From positions 1 through 64,000 of the forward strand of contig JACKNM010000016.1 in the NCBI GenBank assembly GCA_024234875.1: DNA of 64,000 nt. Direction: 5' to 3'. The position numbers and the translations under genes were made by a program. The DNA is from Ectothiorhodospiraceae bacterium (lineage in GTDB: Bacteria > Pseudomonadota > Gammaproteobacteria > HK1). Shown one piece after another: positions 53,028-62,717 of this stretch (its first letter is position 1; each line of letters begins with the position of its first letter). The notes under the pieces are model-generated. The model made no database searches. It was not told the origin of the DNA and worked only from the letters and a program-made list of their open reading frames with translations.

Positions 53028-54128
53028 TCAGTGCAGCGGCGCTGACTTGAGCAAGGCCTGACGGTCGACCGTCTCCACGCGGGCGGTGACCGCGTCGCCG
53101 TCTCGCAGCACGGTGATCGGGATTCGTACGCCGGCGGGGCCCTGGCGCCAGATCAGTCGAAACAGGTCGGCGAGGCTCTGGACCGGCACGCCGTCGACCT
53201 CGAGCACGACGTCACCGAGCTTGATGCCGCCGCGGTCGGCCGGACAGCCGGAGTAGACGCCGGCGACGATCAGGCGATCCTCGTCGTCGTGGACGAGCCA
53301 CCCCATCCAGGGGCGAGGCGGGCTCTGGCGGCGCCCATAGAGGCGGAGATCGTCGAGGATGGGCTCCAGGAGGTCGATCGGCACGATCATGTTCGCGCCG
53401 GTACCCTGGCCGTCGGCGCCGACCTGCTGCACCAGGAGCGAGCCGATGCCGAGCAGCTCGCCCTCGGCGCCGATGAGGGCGGCACCGCCCCAATTCGGAT
53501 GGGCGGGTGAGGTGAACACCGCCGAATCCAGCACGTACTCCCAGTAGCCCGCGAACTCGCGCTTCGCGGTGACCCGCGCCTCGACCGCGTGCTCGAGCCC
53601 GCCGTGGCCGGCGACCACCACCCGGCTGCCGGTGAGCAGCGACGCGCAGCGCCCGCGGGGGAGGGGAGGCACATCCAGCCGGCCGAGCGCCTGGACCAGC
53701 CCGAACCCGCTTTCCTGGTCGTAACCGACGACGTGCCCCGGGAGCCCGTGGCCTCGATGGTCGACCACCCACACGCTCTGCGCCTCGGTGACCAGGTAGC
53801 CGATGGTGAGGATCAGCCCCTGCTCGTCGATCACCACACCGTGTCCGGCGCGCTCGGTTCCCAGCACACCGGCGGTCAGCGCGTCCTCCGGGATCTGCGT
53901 GCGGAGCGCGACGATCGAGTTGAGCGTGCTCTCGAGGTCGAACTTGTACTGGCTTGGATCGGGCTGCACGGTCTGGCTCGTCTCCGACTGGCTCGTTTCC
54001 GGGGTGCTCGGGTCGGAAGGCTCGGTCCGGGGCCGAGCACGGGGGCGCCACCGCCCTTGCCGACCTGGTCCCGAGGCCGCGCGTGCCGGTGGTCGGCTCC
54101 CCGCGCGGCCAGCCGCGTCGAGGGCCAC
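53028..54128 (-). CDS. trypsin-fold (HtrA/S1C-like) + PDZ domain protein, probably catalytically inactive
   Basis: 366 aa. It has the HtrA-like layout and a C-terminal PDZ domain (GIKLGDVVLEVDGVPVQSLADLF). By eye, the catalytic-triad positions read TIGYLV (His to Tyr), GFGLVQ (Asp to Gly) and PNWGGAAL (Ser to Trp). There is no signal peptide; the N-terminus is disordered and Pro/Ser/Thr-rich. Confidence 0.5.
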   Translation of the reverse strand: MALDAAGRAGSRPPARAASGPGRQGRWRPRARPRTEPSDPSTPETSQSETSQTVQPDPSQYKFDLESTLNSIVALRTQIPEDALTAGVLGTERAGHGVVIDEQGLILTIGYLVTEAQSVWVVDHRGHGLPGHVVGYDQESGFGLVQALGRLDVPPLPRGRCASLLTGSRVVVAGHGGLEHAVEARVTAKREFAGYWEYVLDSAVFTSPAHPNWGGAALIGAEGELLGIGSLLVQQVGADGQGTGANMIVPIDLLEPILDDLRLYGRRQSPPRPWMGWLVHDDEDRLIVAGVYSGCPADRGGIKLGDVVLEVDGVPVQSLADLFRLIWRQGPAGVRIPITVLRDGDAVTARVETVDRQALLKSAPLH

Positions 54129-54299
54129 GATGGTCCACCGCCGACGCGACGCCGAGCACGCGGGTATGATACCGGGCCCGGCCGGTGACTGAAACTCGGC
54201 CGGCGGTGGCGGTGGACAATGGCCGCCGGTTCGCTATCCTTGGCCGCCCGCGGGCGGTGACGCCCTCGGCACGGCACGCAGCCAGCAGGTGACGACGCG

Positions 54300-55268
54300 G
54301 TGGCGAGAGAGGCGCTCGGCAGGGCGGCGGAGGACGGGCCGGTACCGAACGGGACCCGTCGCACGGTCGACGACAAGGAGTGCGTCTACTACGACGGCTA
54401 CTGGATCCGGCACTACGCACCGCCACGCGAGACGCTGGCGGCGAAGAAGCGGCTGATCGAGCACCTCTCGCGGCGGCTCTTCCATCACACCGAAGTCGGC
54501 ATCAATACGCCCGGCGAGAATCTCGAGCGGGCCCGCAAGGCCTACGAGCGGGAGCAGGACCCGGCGCGCAAGCGGGTGGCCGGTGCGATGCTCGCGGGTG
54601 CGCTTTTCAACCGCGCGACCGACATCTTCACCACCCTCGTCGACCTGCAGCAGAAGGGGGTCGAGATCAGCCCGAGCAACGAGCTGATGCGCCAGTGCGA
54701 GCAGTACTTCCAGGAGGCGCTCGCGCTCGGCAAGTCGGTCAAGCACTACAGCGGGCACGAAGGTATCGACGAGCTCTGGGGCGAGCCGTTGAAGGCGTTC
54801 GTCATGCCGCTGAAGGACTTCTACGAGAGTCGATACATCAAGATCGCGCAGACCATGCGCGACATCGACCGTGTCGCCGGACGTCTGCGTGCCCTGCTCG
54901 CATCCGAGCGCGGGTTCGCCGGAATCGACCCGCTGATTCGCGAGTTCGCCGATGCCGCGAAGCTCGAGAGCGAGACGATGCGCAGCGACCCGGTGATCTT
55001 CGTGGTGTGGCCGCGCTTCGTGGCCGCCGGCGAGGCCCTGGTGGCTTTCCGACCGTCCCTCGCACCCGGCGCCCCGGAGCACCTGCGCCGGCGCGCCGAG
55101 GGGATGCTGGCGCTGCTGCGCGACGGCAAGGACTTGCTGACCTACCTGTCGGGGGCGCGGGTGCCGATGCCGAAGAGCACGCGCGAGTACCTGGAGCGGT
55201 GCGACGCACAGGCGCGCGCGGTCTATCCTCAGGCGGCGAGCCTGCCGCCGGCGGATCCCGGCGGGTGA
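54300..55268 (+). CDS. conserved hypothetical protein
   Basis: 322 aa. It is non-repetitive and lower in GC than its neighbours. Its stop overlaps the GTG start of the next gene (GTGA). Confidence 0.45.
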   Translation: MAREALGRAAEDGPVPNGTRRTVDDKECVYYDGYWIRHYAPPRETLAAKKRLIEHLSRRLFHHTEVGINTPGENLERARKAYEREQDPARKRVAGAMLAGALFNRATDIFTTLVDLQQKGVEISPSNELMRQCEQYFQEALALGKSVKHYSGHEGIDELWGEPLKAFVMPLKDFYESRYIKIAQTMRDIDRVAGRLRALLASERGFAGIDPLIREFADAAKLESETMRSDPVIFVVWPRFVAAGEALVAFRPSLAPGAPEHLRRRAEGMLALLRDGKDLLTYLSGARVPMPKSTREYLERCDAQARAVYPQAASLPPADPGG

Positions 55269-56008
55269 GCGCCACCGCCGCGGATGTCGCGGCGGCGGAG
55301 CGAGCCGTCCGCGTCGACCTCGCGGCGTGTTACCGGCTGGTCGACCTGAACCGCCTCGGAGACCTCACCGCGACCCACATCTCGGCCCGCGTCCCGGGTG
55401 AGGACGCATTCCTGCTCAATCCCCACGGCCTGTTGTTCGACGAGATCACTGCCTCGTCGCTGGTGAAGGTCGGTTTCGACGGCGAGGTGCGTGGTGCGGG
55501 CCCACGGGCCTTCAACCCGGCCGGCTTCAACATCCACAGCGCGGTGCTCGCCGCGCGCCCGGACGTCGCCTGCGTCATCCACACCCACACCCGGGCGGGA
55601 ATGGCGGTGGCGGCGATGCGCTGCGGTCTGCTGCCGATCAGCCAGCACGCCATGCGGTTCCATCGCCGCATCGGCGTGCACGAGTACGAGGGGATGGTGC
55701 TGGACCGCGACGAGCGTGCGCGCCTCGCCGCGGACCTCGGACCGCATCACGCCATGCTGCTGCGCAATCACGGGCTGCTGGTCGCGGGGCGCTCGGTGGC
55801 CGAGGCGTTCCGGCTGATGCACATGCTCGAGCGAGCCTGCCAGGTGCAGGTCGACGCGATGGCGGCGGGCGCCGATCTCGCGCTTCCGTCGGAGTCGGTC
55901 TGCGAGACGACCGCGCGTCAGTACGAGAGCTTCGGGACGATGGGCGGCCGCGACTGGCGGGCCCAACTGCGCCGCCTCGACCGTCTCGATCCGTCCTACC
56001 GGGACTGA
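55265..56008 (+). CDS. class II aldolase/adducin-domain protein
   Basis: The GTG at 55265 lies within the 54380..56008 frame. The metal-ligand histidine cluster is CVIHTHTRAGMAVAA, with HGLLVAGRSVAEA following. Confidence 0.6.
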   Translation: MSATAADVAAAERAVRVDLAACYRLVDLNRLGDLTATHISARVPGEDAFLLNPHGLLFDEITASSLVKVGFDGEVRGAGPRAFNPAGFNIHSAVLAARPDVACVIHTHTRAGMAVAAMRCGLLPISQHAMRFHRRIGVHEYEGMVLDRDERARLAADLGPHHAMLLRNHGLLVAGRSVAEAFRLMHMLERACQVQVDAMAAGADLALPSESVCETTARQYESFGTMGGRDWRAQLRRLDRLDPSYRD

Positions 56009-56084
56009 GCGCGGCCTCGATGGGCTCGGCGGGCCGCCGAGCCCCTGGATGCGGGCGCCGCGCCCACGCCGGTGGTCGGTTCGA

Positions 56085-57062
56085 TCACGCGCACCCGGCG
56101 CCGCCGCCAGCGCGGTCGGCGACGAGGGCGGCGAGGCCGACCAGTGCCGGCTGCGCCGCCGTCACCAGCCAGACCGGTATCCCTTCCAGATAGGCCCGCA
56201 ACCGGCCCTTGGCCAGGAAGCTCGCCCGGAAGCGCTCGCGGTCGAAGCGCGCGCCCCAGGCCGGGACGATGCCGCCGGCGAGGTAGACGCCGCCGCGGGC
56301 GCCGACGGTGAGCGCCAGGTTGCCGGCCACCCCGCCGAGCCAGCTCGTGAACAGCGCGACCGCCTCGCCGGCGAGTCGGTCACCGCCGTCGGCAGCCGCG
56401 ACGACTGCCTCGGGCGTGTCGAGGGTGGCGGCGGTCTCGCCCGCGACGACGGCGAGTGCGGCGGCGAGGGCCACCAGGCCGGGGCCGGAGAGCGCGCGCT
56501 CCGCCGACGCGTGACCGAATCGGCGCGTGAGCTCGCGCACCACCGCCTGCTCGCGGGCAGTCGTCGCCGGCAGCGTGACGTGGCCGCCCTCGCCGTCGAC
56601 CACCATCCAGCCGCGTGGGCCACGGGCGAGGGTGGCGACGCCGAGCCCGGTCCCGGGCCCGATCACCGCGCGCGTCCCCGCGCCCTCGCCGGGGCCGCCG
56701 AGGTGGTCGAGGTCGTCCGCCCCGAGGTGCGGCAGGGACCAGGCGAGGGCGGTGAAATCGTTGACGACGACGACGTCGGCGGCCCCGGTCGCGGTGCGCA
56801 GGGCAGTGGCGTCGACCACCCAGGGCAGGTTGGTCATGCGGACGACGCCGTCGTGTGCCGGCCCGGCCGCGCACACCGCCACCGCATCCGGAGGCGCGGT
56901 GAGGCCGAGGCGCCGCGCCGCGCGCGCGAGCACCGCCTCGAACGAGCCCGCGTCGCTGGCGCGCTCGACCACCGCCGGCCCCGGCCTGCCATCTGCCCCG
57001 GTCACCGCGACTCGGACGTTGGTGCCCCCGACGTCGGCGAGCAGGGCGCGCCTGCTGCTCAC
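56085..57062 (-). CDS. glk: glucokinase
   Basis: The tracked ORF is 56085..57116. A GTG at complement 57062 (VSSRRALLADVGGTNVRVAV) overlaps the otsA stop by 4 nt. It has the ROK/Glk ATPase N-terminal DVGGTN motif. Confidence 0.7.
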   Translation of the reverse strand: MSSRRALLADVGGTNVRVAVTGADGRPGPAVVERASDAGSFEAVLARAARRLGLTAPPDAVAVCAAGPAHDGVVRMTNLPWVVDATALRTATGAADVVVVNDFTALAWSLPHLGADDLDHLGGPGEGAGTRAVIGPGTGLGVATLARGPRGWMVVDGEGGHVTLPATTAREQAVVRELTRRFGHASAERALSGPGLVALAAALAVVAGETAATLDTPEAVVAAADGGDRLAGEAVALFTSWLGGVAGNLALTVGARGGVYLAGGIVPAWGARFDRERFRASFLAKGRLRAYLEGIPVWLVTAAQPALVGLAALVADRAGGGAGCA

Positions 57063-58468
57063 CGCGGGCGCCTCGCGTCGACCTCGCGCAACACCGCGAG
57101 GAACGCGTCGCGCCACGCGTTCACGTCGTTGGTCATGACCTCGTCGCGGAGCGCGCGCCAGCGCTCACGTCGCTCGTCGAGTGGCATCACCAGCGCCTTC
57201 TGCATGGCGTCCGCCACGCCCTGGATGTCGTACGGGTTGACGATGAGTGCGCCATCGGCGCGGTGCGCCGCGCCGGCGAAGCGGGACAGCACCAGCACCC
57301 CGGGATTGTGCCCCGACTGCGCCGCCACGTACTCCTTCGCGACCAGGTTCATGCCGTCGCGCAAGGGTGTCACCAGGCCGATGCGCGCGATGCGATACAG
57401 GCCCGCCAGCGCCTGGCGTGAGAAGCCGCGAGTGATGTAGCGCAATGGCGTCCAGTCGAACTCGGAGTGCTCGCCGTTGATGCTGCCGGACAACCCCTCC
57501 AGCTCCTGGCGGATGTCCTTGTACTCCGGCACGTCGGTCCGCGACGGTGGCGCGATCTGCAGGAACGAGATCCGCCCCCGATTCTCCGGATAACGCCGCA
57601 GCAGTGCGTCGAAGGCGCGAAAGCGCTCGGGCAGGCCCTTGCTGTAGTCGAGTCGGTCGACACCGATGATCGCGAGCCTGCCGGCGAGCACGCGCTCCAT
57701 GCGCGCGCCGTGCGTGTGGGCGTCGCGTGAGCGCGCGAACCGGCGGATGTTCTCGGCGTCGACCCCGATCGGGTAGACGCCGGCACGCACCACTCGGCCG
57801 TATGCCTCCAGGCGCCCGTCCTCGAGCACCCTGCCGCCCGCCTCGCTGGTCACGTAGTCGGTGAACGAGCGCAGATCGCTCTCGGTCTGGAAGCCGATGA
57901 GGTCGTAGGCGAACAGCGCGCGCACCAGCACCTCGTGCACCGGTAGCGTGGTGATCACCTCCGGTGCGGGAAACGGGATGTGCAGAAAGAACCCGAGGGT
58001 GTGGTGGACACCCATGCGGCGCAGCTCCTCACCGAAGGCGATGAGGTGGTAGTCGTGGACCCAGACCAGGTCGTCGTCGCCGAGCAGGGGCGCCACCGCG
58101 TGCGCGAAGCGCTGATTGACGCGCAGGTAGCCCTGGTAGTGGTCGCGGTCGAAGTTGGTGAGGTCGATGCGGTAGTGGAACAACGGCCACAGCGTGCGAT
58201 TGGCGAACCCGTTGTAGTACTCCTCGTACTCGGCCTGGGACAGATCGAGCGTCGCGAACGAGAGGTCGCCCTGGGCGGACATGCGGGGCTTTCCGAGCGC
58301 GCCGTCCTGCACGTTGCCGCTCCAGCCCGCCCACAGCCCGCCGGAGCGTTTCAGCACGTCCAGCAGTGCCACCGCCAGTCCACCGGCTCGGGCCGCATTG
58401 CCGCCACGAGCCACTCGATTGGAGACCACGACCAGTCGCTCGCGTCGCGTCGCGCGTGCTCGGCTCAT
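57059..58468 (-). CDS. otsA: alpha,alpha-trehalose-phosphate synthase (UDP-forming)
   Basis: 469 aa. It has canonical OtsA sequence throughout (LWPLFHYRIDL, VHDYHL, GVDRLDYSKG). Confidence 0.85.
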   Translation of the reverse strand: MSRARATRRERLVVVSNRVARGGNAARAGGLAVALLDVLKRSGGLWAGWSGNVQDGALGKPRMSAQGDLSFATLDLSQAEYEEYYNGFANRTLWPLFHYRIDLTNFDRDHYQGYLRVNQRFAHAVAPLLGDDDLVWVHDYHLIAFGEELRRMGVHHTLGFFLHIPFPAPEVITTLPVHEVLVRALFAYDLIGFQTESDLRSFTDYVTSEAGGRVLEDGRLEAYGRVVRAGVYPIGVDAENIRRFARSRDAHTHGARMERVLAGRLAIIGVDRLDYSKGLPERFRAFDALLRRYPENRGRISFLQIAPPSRTDVPEYKDIRQELEGLSGSINGEHSEFDWTPLRYITRGFSRQALAGLYRIARIGLVTPLRDGMNLVAKEYVAAQSGHNPGVLVLSRFAGAAHRADGALIVNPYDIQGVADAMQKALVMPLDERRERWRALRDEVMTNDVNAWRDAFLAVLREVDARRPR

Positions 58469-58630
58469 GTCGATCCGTCCCTCGTGCCACGCGCGGTCGG
58501 GGAGGCGACCGCGCAGCGCGTGCGGGCACCGTGGCCGACACGTCTCGCACGAGCCGGCTCGGGTCTGCCGTGAGTGCGCGTGGAGTCGAAGCTGCCGCGC
58601 GGGAACCTGCGCGGGCTCACGGACCTTCCC

Positions 58631-60457
58631 TCATTCCCACGGACCGCTCAGCCGCATCGCGGCGTTGATGATTCCGACCAGCGAGTACGTCTGCGGATAG
58701 TTGCCCCACAGCTCCCCGGTGGCGGGATCGGTGTCCTCGGACAGCAGTCCGAGATGATTTCGGCACGCCAGCATCGACTCGAACGTGTCCCGCGCCTCGG
58801 CGGTGCGTCCGGTGCGCGCCAGTGCGTCGATGTACCAGAAGGTGCAGATGTTGAATGCGTTGTGCGGGACGCCGAAGTCGTCGGCGGCCACATAGCGGAA
58901 CAGATGCTTGCCGCGCTTGAGCTTGGCCTCGATGGCGACCACCGTGGCGCGGAACCGCTCGTCGCTCGGCGGCAGGAACCCGACCTCCGCCATCAGCAGC
59001 AGGCTGGCGTCGAGGCCGTCGCCGCCGAAGCTCTCGGCGAAGGCGCCGAGGCTCGGGTTCCATGCGCTCTCGCAGATCCGGGTGCGCACCGTTCGCGCGC
59101 GCTCTCGCCAGTGAGCGGCGCGGTCGGGGAGACCGAGGTGGGTGGTGATGCGTGCCAGCCGGTCACAGGCCGCCCAGCACATCAGGCTCGACGAGGTGTG
59201 CACCCGGGAGCGGGTGCGCAGCTCCCACATCCCGGCGTCCGGCTGGTCGTGCATGGCGAACGCGCGCTCACCGACGGCCTCCAGGAGTGCGAGGTCGTGG
59301 TCGTCGGGCCGTGACAGCAGACGTCGATCGTAGAACGCCTGCGCCGCGGCGAGCACGACGTTGCCGTAGACGTCGTGCTGGAAGTGCTCGTAGGCCTGGT
59401 TGCCGACCCGCACCGGCCCCATCCCCCGGTAACCGGGGAGCGACTCGACCCGCGACTCGGTGAGCTGCTGCTCGAGGCCGATGCCGTAGACCGGCTGCAG
59501 GTGCGCGCCACCGAGGTCCCCACCGGCCTGCCGGATGACGTTGCGCAGGTAGCGGAGATAGAGCTCCATCGTCTCCACCTCCGACAGGCTGTTCAGCGCG
59601 CGGACGACGAAGAAGGCGTCGCGCAGCCAGCAGTATCGGTAGTCCCAGTTGCGCTCGGTGCCGGCGGCCTCGGGAATGCTGGTGGTCATCGCCGCGACGA
59701 TCGCGCCGGTTTCCTCGTAGGTGCAGAGCTTGAGCGTGATGGCGGCGCGAATCACCGCGTCCTGCCACTCGAGCGGCAACGCCAGCCGCCGCACCCATCG
59801 ACGCCACTCCTCGACGGTGCGCTCCTCGAACGATCGCGCGACCTCCTCCACCGCGCCGGACAGCGTCTCGTCCGGCCCGAGCACCATGCTCAGCGCGCGG
59901 TCGAGCACGAACGGCGTCTCGTCGAGGACGTAGGTGATCGGTGCGTTGGTGGTGAGGCGCAGCGTCAGTCGTGGCCCGACGTATCGAACGTGGTTCGAGC
60001 CGCGGGTGATCTCGGGCGTCGAGGCGCCGTAGTCGAAGCGCGGGCGCAGCCGGATCCGAATCCGCGCCGAGCCGGTGACGGGCTGGATCCGGCGCACGAT
60101 GGTCATCGGACGGAAGCTCCGCCCGTGCAGCGTGTAGCGCGGTGCGAAGTCGCGGATCTCGACGCAGGCACCATGGGCGTCGTGCAGGCGAGTCACCAGC
60201 ACCGCGGTGTTCTCGAGGTACCACTGCTCCGTTCGTACTTGCTCCTCGAGACGGAGCTCGAACTCGCCGTCGCCGTCCCACTGCCCGTTGGCGAGCAGCC
60301 CGCAGAACACCGGGTCGGAGTCGAAGCGGGGCAGGCAGCACCACACGATGCGGGCCTCGCGGTCGACGAGTGCGCCGTAGGTGCAGTTACCGATGACGCC
60401 GAGGTCGAGATTCTGGCGGCGGTCGCCGGGCGTCGCAGCCGTTTCCTGGCTCGTCAT
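58631..60457 (-). CDS. glycoside hydrolase family 15 (glucoamylase/trehalase-like)
   Basis: 608 aa. The GH15 (alpha/alpha)6 sequence pattern is present. It sits between otsB and otsA, as is common in proteobacterial trehalose loci. Confidence 0.75.
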   Translation of the reverse strand: MTSQETAATPGDRRQNLDLGVIGNCTYGALVDREARIVWCCLPRFDSDPVFCGLLANGQWDGDGEFELRLEEQVRTEQWYLENTAVLVTRLHDAHGACVEIRDFAPRYTLHGRSFRPMTIVRRIQPVTGSARIRIRLRPRFDYGASTPEITRGSNHVRYVGPRLTLRLTTNAPITYVLDETPFVLDRALSMVLGPDETLSGAVEEVARSFEERTVEEWRRWVRRLALPLEWQDAVIRAAITLKLCTYEETGAIVAAMTTSIPEAAGTERNWDYRYCWLRDAFFVVRALNSLSEVETMELYLRYLRNVIRQAGGDLGGAHLQPVYGIGLEQQLTESRVESLPGYRGMGPVRVGNQAYEHFQHDVYGNVVLAAAQAFYDRRLLSRPDDHDLALLEAVGERAFAMHDQPDAGMWELRTRSRVHTSSSLMCWAACDRLARITTHLGLPDRAAHWRERARTVRTRICESAWNPSLGAFAESFGGDGLDASLLLMAEVGFLPPSDERFRATVVAIEAKLKRGKHLFRYVAADDFGVPHNAFNICTFWYIDALARTGRTAEARDTFESMLACRNHLGLLSEDTDPATGELWGNYPQTYSLVGIINAAMRLSGPWE

Positions 60458-61230
60458 TGATCAGACTCCTTCGAGCACGCGGGTGGGTGCTGCGCGAGCA
60501 CGGCTCGCAGCCACCGATGCAGGGCGGCCACGGAGCCGCAGCGCGCATCGGCCCGGGTGTCCCCGTCGCCGACCTTGATGGCGAGACCTCCGAGTCGTTG
60601 GACGACGGCGAACGCATCCTCGTCGGTGACGTCGTCGCCCGCGAAGACCGCGCGTCGCCCGGCGAACGGCGGCTCGCGCATGTAGGCGTCGACGGCATGC
60701 CCCTTGTCGGCGGCCGCAGGTTTCGCCTCGAGCATCATCTTGCCGGCGAGCAGGTGATAGCCGTCCAGGGTCCGCATCTCCGCCTCGACCAGTCGCAGTA
60801 GCGCGTCGGCGCGGTGCGGCGCGCGCCGGTAGTGCAGCACCACCGAGCGGCCCTTGTCCTCGACCAGCAACGCCGGATCCTCCGCGGCGAGGGCGTGCAG
60901 CCGCCGGCGCAGCCCGTCGAGCCCCGCGGGCAACTCGCCGACGGTGTAGAGCTCGCCCACGCCGTCGCGTCGCTCGAGGCCGTGGACGCCGGCGACCGGC
61001 AGCCGGGCCGGCGCGAGCAGCTGGTCGATGTCGGTGATGGTGCGTCCGGAGACCACTGCCAGAGCGCCGCCGAGGCGGGTGTGCAGCGCGCGCAGCAGGC
61101 TCGGCAACTCGGGCGCGACATGCACCGCGTCCGGCGTCGGCGCGATCTCGGCCAACGTGCCGTCGAAGTCGAGGAACAGCGCCCAGGCGTCCCCGGGCGC
61201 GGGTAGGGGAAGGTCGGCCGGTCGGATCAC
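60454..61230 (-). CDS. otsB: trehalose-6-phosphate phosphatase
   Basis: 258 aa. It has the HAD motif I FLDFDGTL. Its stop overlaps the GH15 start (ATGA). Confidence 0.8.
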   Translation of the reverse strand: MIRPADLPLPAPGDAWALFLDFDGTLAEIAPTPDAVHVAPELPSLLRALHTRLGGALAVVSGRTITDIDQLLAPARLPVAGVHGLERRDGVGELYTVGELPAGLDGLRRRLHALAAEDPALLVEDKGRSVVLHYRRAPHRADALLRLVEAEMRTLDGYHLLAGKMMLEAKPAAADKGHAVDAYMREPPFAGRRAVFAGDDVTDEDAFAVVQRLGGLAIKVGDGDTRADARCGSVAALHRWLRAVLAQHPPACSKESDQ

Positions 61231-61303
61231 TGGTCGGCGGGGAACCTCTGGGGTTGCGGGGCGCCCGACCGCACGCGACGGCCGGGCGACGTCACCGGTG
61301 CCA

Positions 61304-62584
61304 TCACGACCGGCCGGCGGCGGCGAGTGCCTGGTCGAGGTCGGCCAGCAGATCGTCGACGTGCTCGAGCCCGATCGAGAGGCGGACGAGGTCCGGGCTC
61401 ACGCCCGCGCTCGCCATCTCCTGCGCACTGAGCTGGCGATGGGTGGTCGAGGCCGGGTGGCAGGCGAGCGACTTCGCGTCGCCGATGTTGACCAGACGCG
61501 TGAACAACCCGAGTGCGTCGATGAACCGGGTACCGCCCTCGACGCCGCCGCGGATTCCGAAGCTGAGGATGCCGGAGGCACGCCCACCCATGTAGCGGCG
61601 CACCAGCGCGTGGTCCGGGCTCGACTCGAGCCCGGCGTAACGAACCCAGGCGACGCCGGGGTGCTGCTCGAGGTAGCGGGCGACGGCGAGCGTGTTGTCG
61701 CAGATTCGATCCATGCGCACGGGCAGGGTCTCGATTCCCTGTAGCACCAGGAAGCTGTTGAACGGCGAGATCGCGGCGCCCATGTTGCGCAGCGGCACCA
61801 CGCGCGCGCGCCCGATGAATGCGGCGGCCCCGAGGGCCTCGGTGTAGACCACCCCGTGGTAGCTCACGTCGGGCTCGTTGAGCCGGCGGAAACGGCCCTT
61901 GTTCGCCACCCAGTCGAACTTCCCCGAGTCGACGATGATGCCGCCGATCACCGTGCCATGGCCGCCCAGATACTTGGTCAGCGAGTGCACCACGATGTCG
62001 GCGCCGTGCTCGATCGGCCGGCACAGATACGGTGAGGGCACGGTGTTGTCGACGATCAGGGGAACGCCGTGCGCATGCGCCATGTCGGCGAGCGCGGCGA
62101 TGTCGACCACGTTACCGGCCGGGTTGCCGATGGCCTCGCAGTACACCGCCTTGGTGCGGTCGTCGATGTGCGCGGCGAGCGCGTCGACGTCGGTCGGCGG
62201 CGCGAACCGGGCCTCGATCCCGACCTGCGGCAAGGTGTGTGCGAACAGATTGTAGGTGCCGCCGTAGAGGGTGGAGGCGCTGACGATGTTGTCGCCGGCC
62301 TCGGCGATGGTGAGCACCGCGTAGGTCGTCGCCGCCTGACCCGAGGCGAGCGCGAGGCCGCCGATGCCGCCCTCCATCGCCGCCACCCGCTGCTCGAGCA
62401 CCGCGGTGGTCGGGTTCATGATGCGGGTGTAGATGTTGCCCTCGACCTTCAGGTCGAACAGGTCGGCACCATGCTGGGTGCTGTCGAAGGCATACGACGA
62501 GGTCTGGTAGATGGGCACCGCGACCGCCTTGGTCGTGGGCTCCGGCGCATAGCCTGCGTGCACCGCCATCGTCTCGAGCTTCAT
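61304..62584 (-). CDS. metY: O-acetylhomoserine aminocarboxypropyltransferase (O-acetylhomoserine sulfhydrylase)
   Basis: 426 aa. It has the Cys/Met-metabolism PLP-enzyme motifs (HSLTKYLGGHG) and a MetY-like N-terminus (TMAVHAGYAPEPTTKAVAVPIYQTSSYAF). Confidence 0.8.
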   Translation of the reverse strand: MKLETMAVHAGYAPEPTTKAVAVPIYQTSSYAFDSTQHGADLFDLKVEGNIYTRIMNPTTAVLEQRVAAMEGGIGGLALASGQAATTYAVLTIAEAGDNIVSASTLYGGTYNLFAHTLPQVGIEARFAPPTDVDALAAHIDDRTKAVYCEAIGNPAGNVVDIAALADMAHAHGVPLIVDNTVPSPYLCRPIEHGADIVVHSLTKYLGGHGTVIGGIIVDSGKFDWVANKGRFRRLNEPDVSYHGVVYTEALGAAAFIGRARVVPLRNMGAAISPFNSFLVLQGIETLPVRMDRICDNTLAVARYLEQHPGVAWVRYAGLESSPDHALVRRYMGGRASGILSFGIRGGVEGGTRFIDALGLFTRLVNIGDAKSLACHPASTTHRQLSAQEMASAGVSPDLVRLSIGLEHVDDLLADLDQALAAAGRS

Positions 62585-62717
62585 CGCGAGCCTCCCCGTC
62601 GGTGGCGGCTCCGGAGTCGGGGCCGCGTGTTGGTGTGTCGTCGAGGCAACCCTGCCCTCGACGGATTGTCAGAGCATACCCCATCGGCCATCGCACGCCG
62701 CCGGCGGGTGGCCGCGA

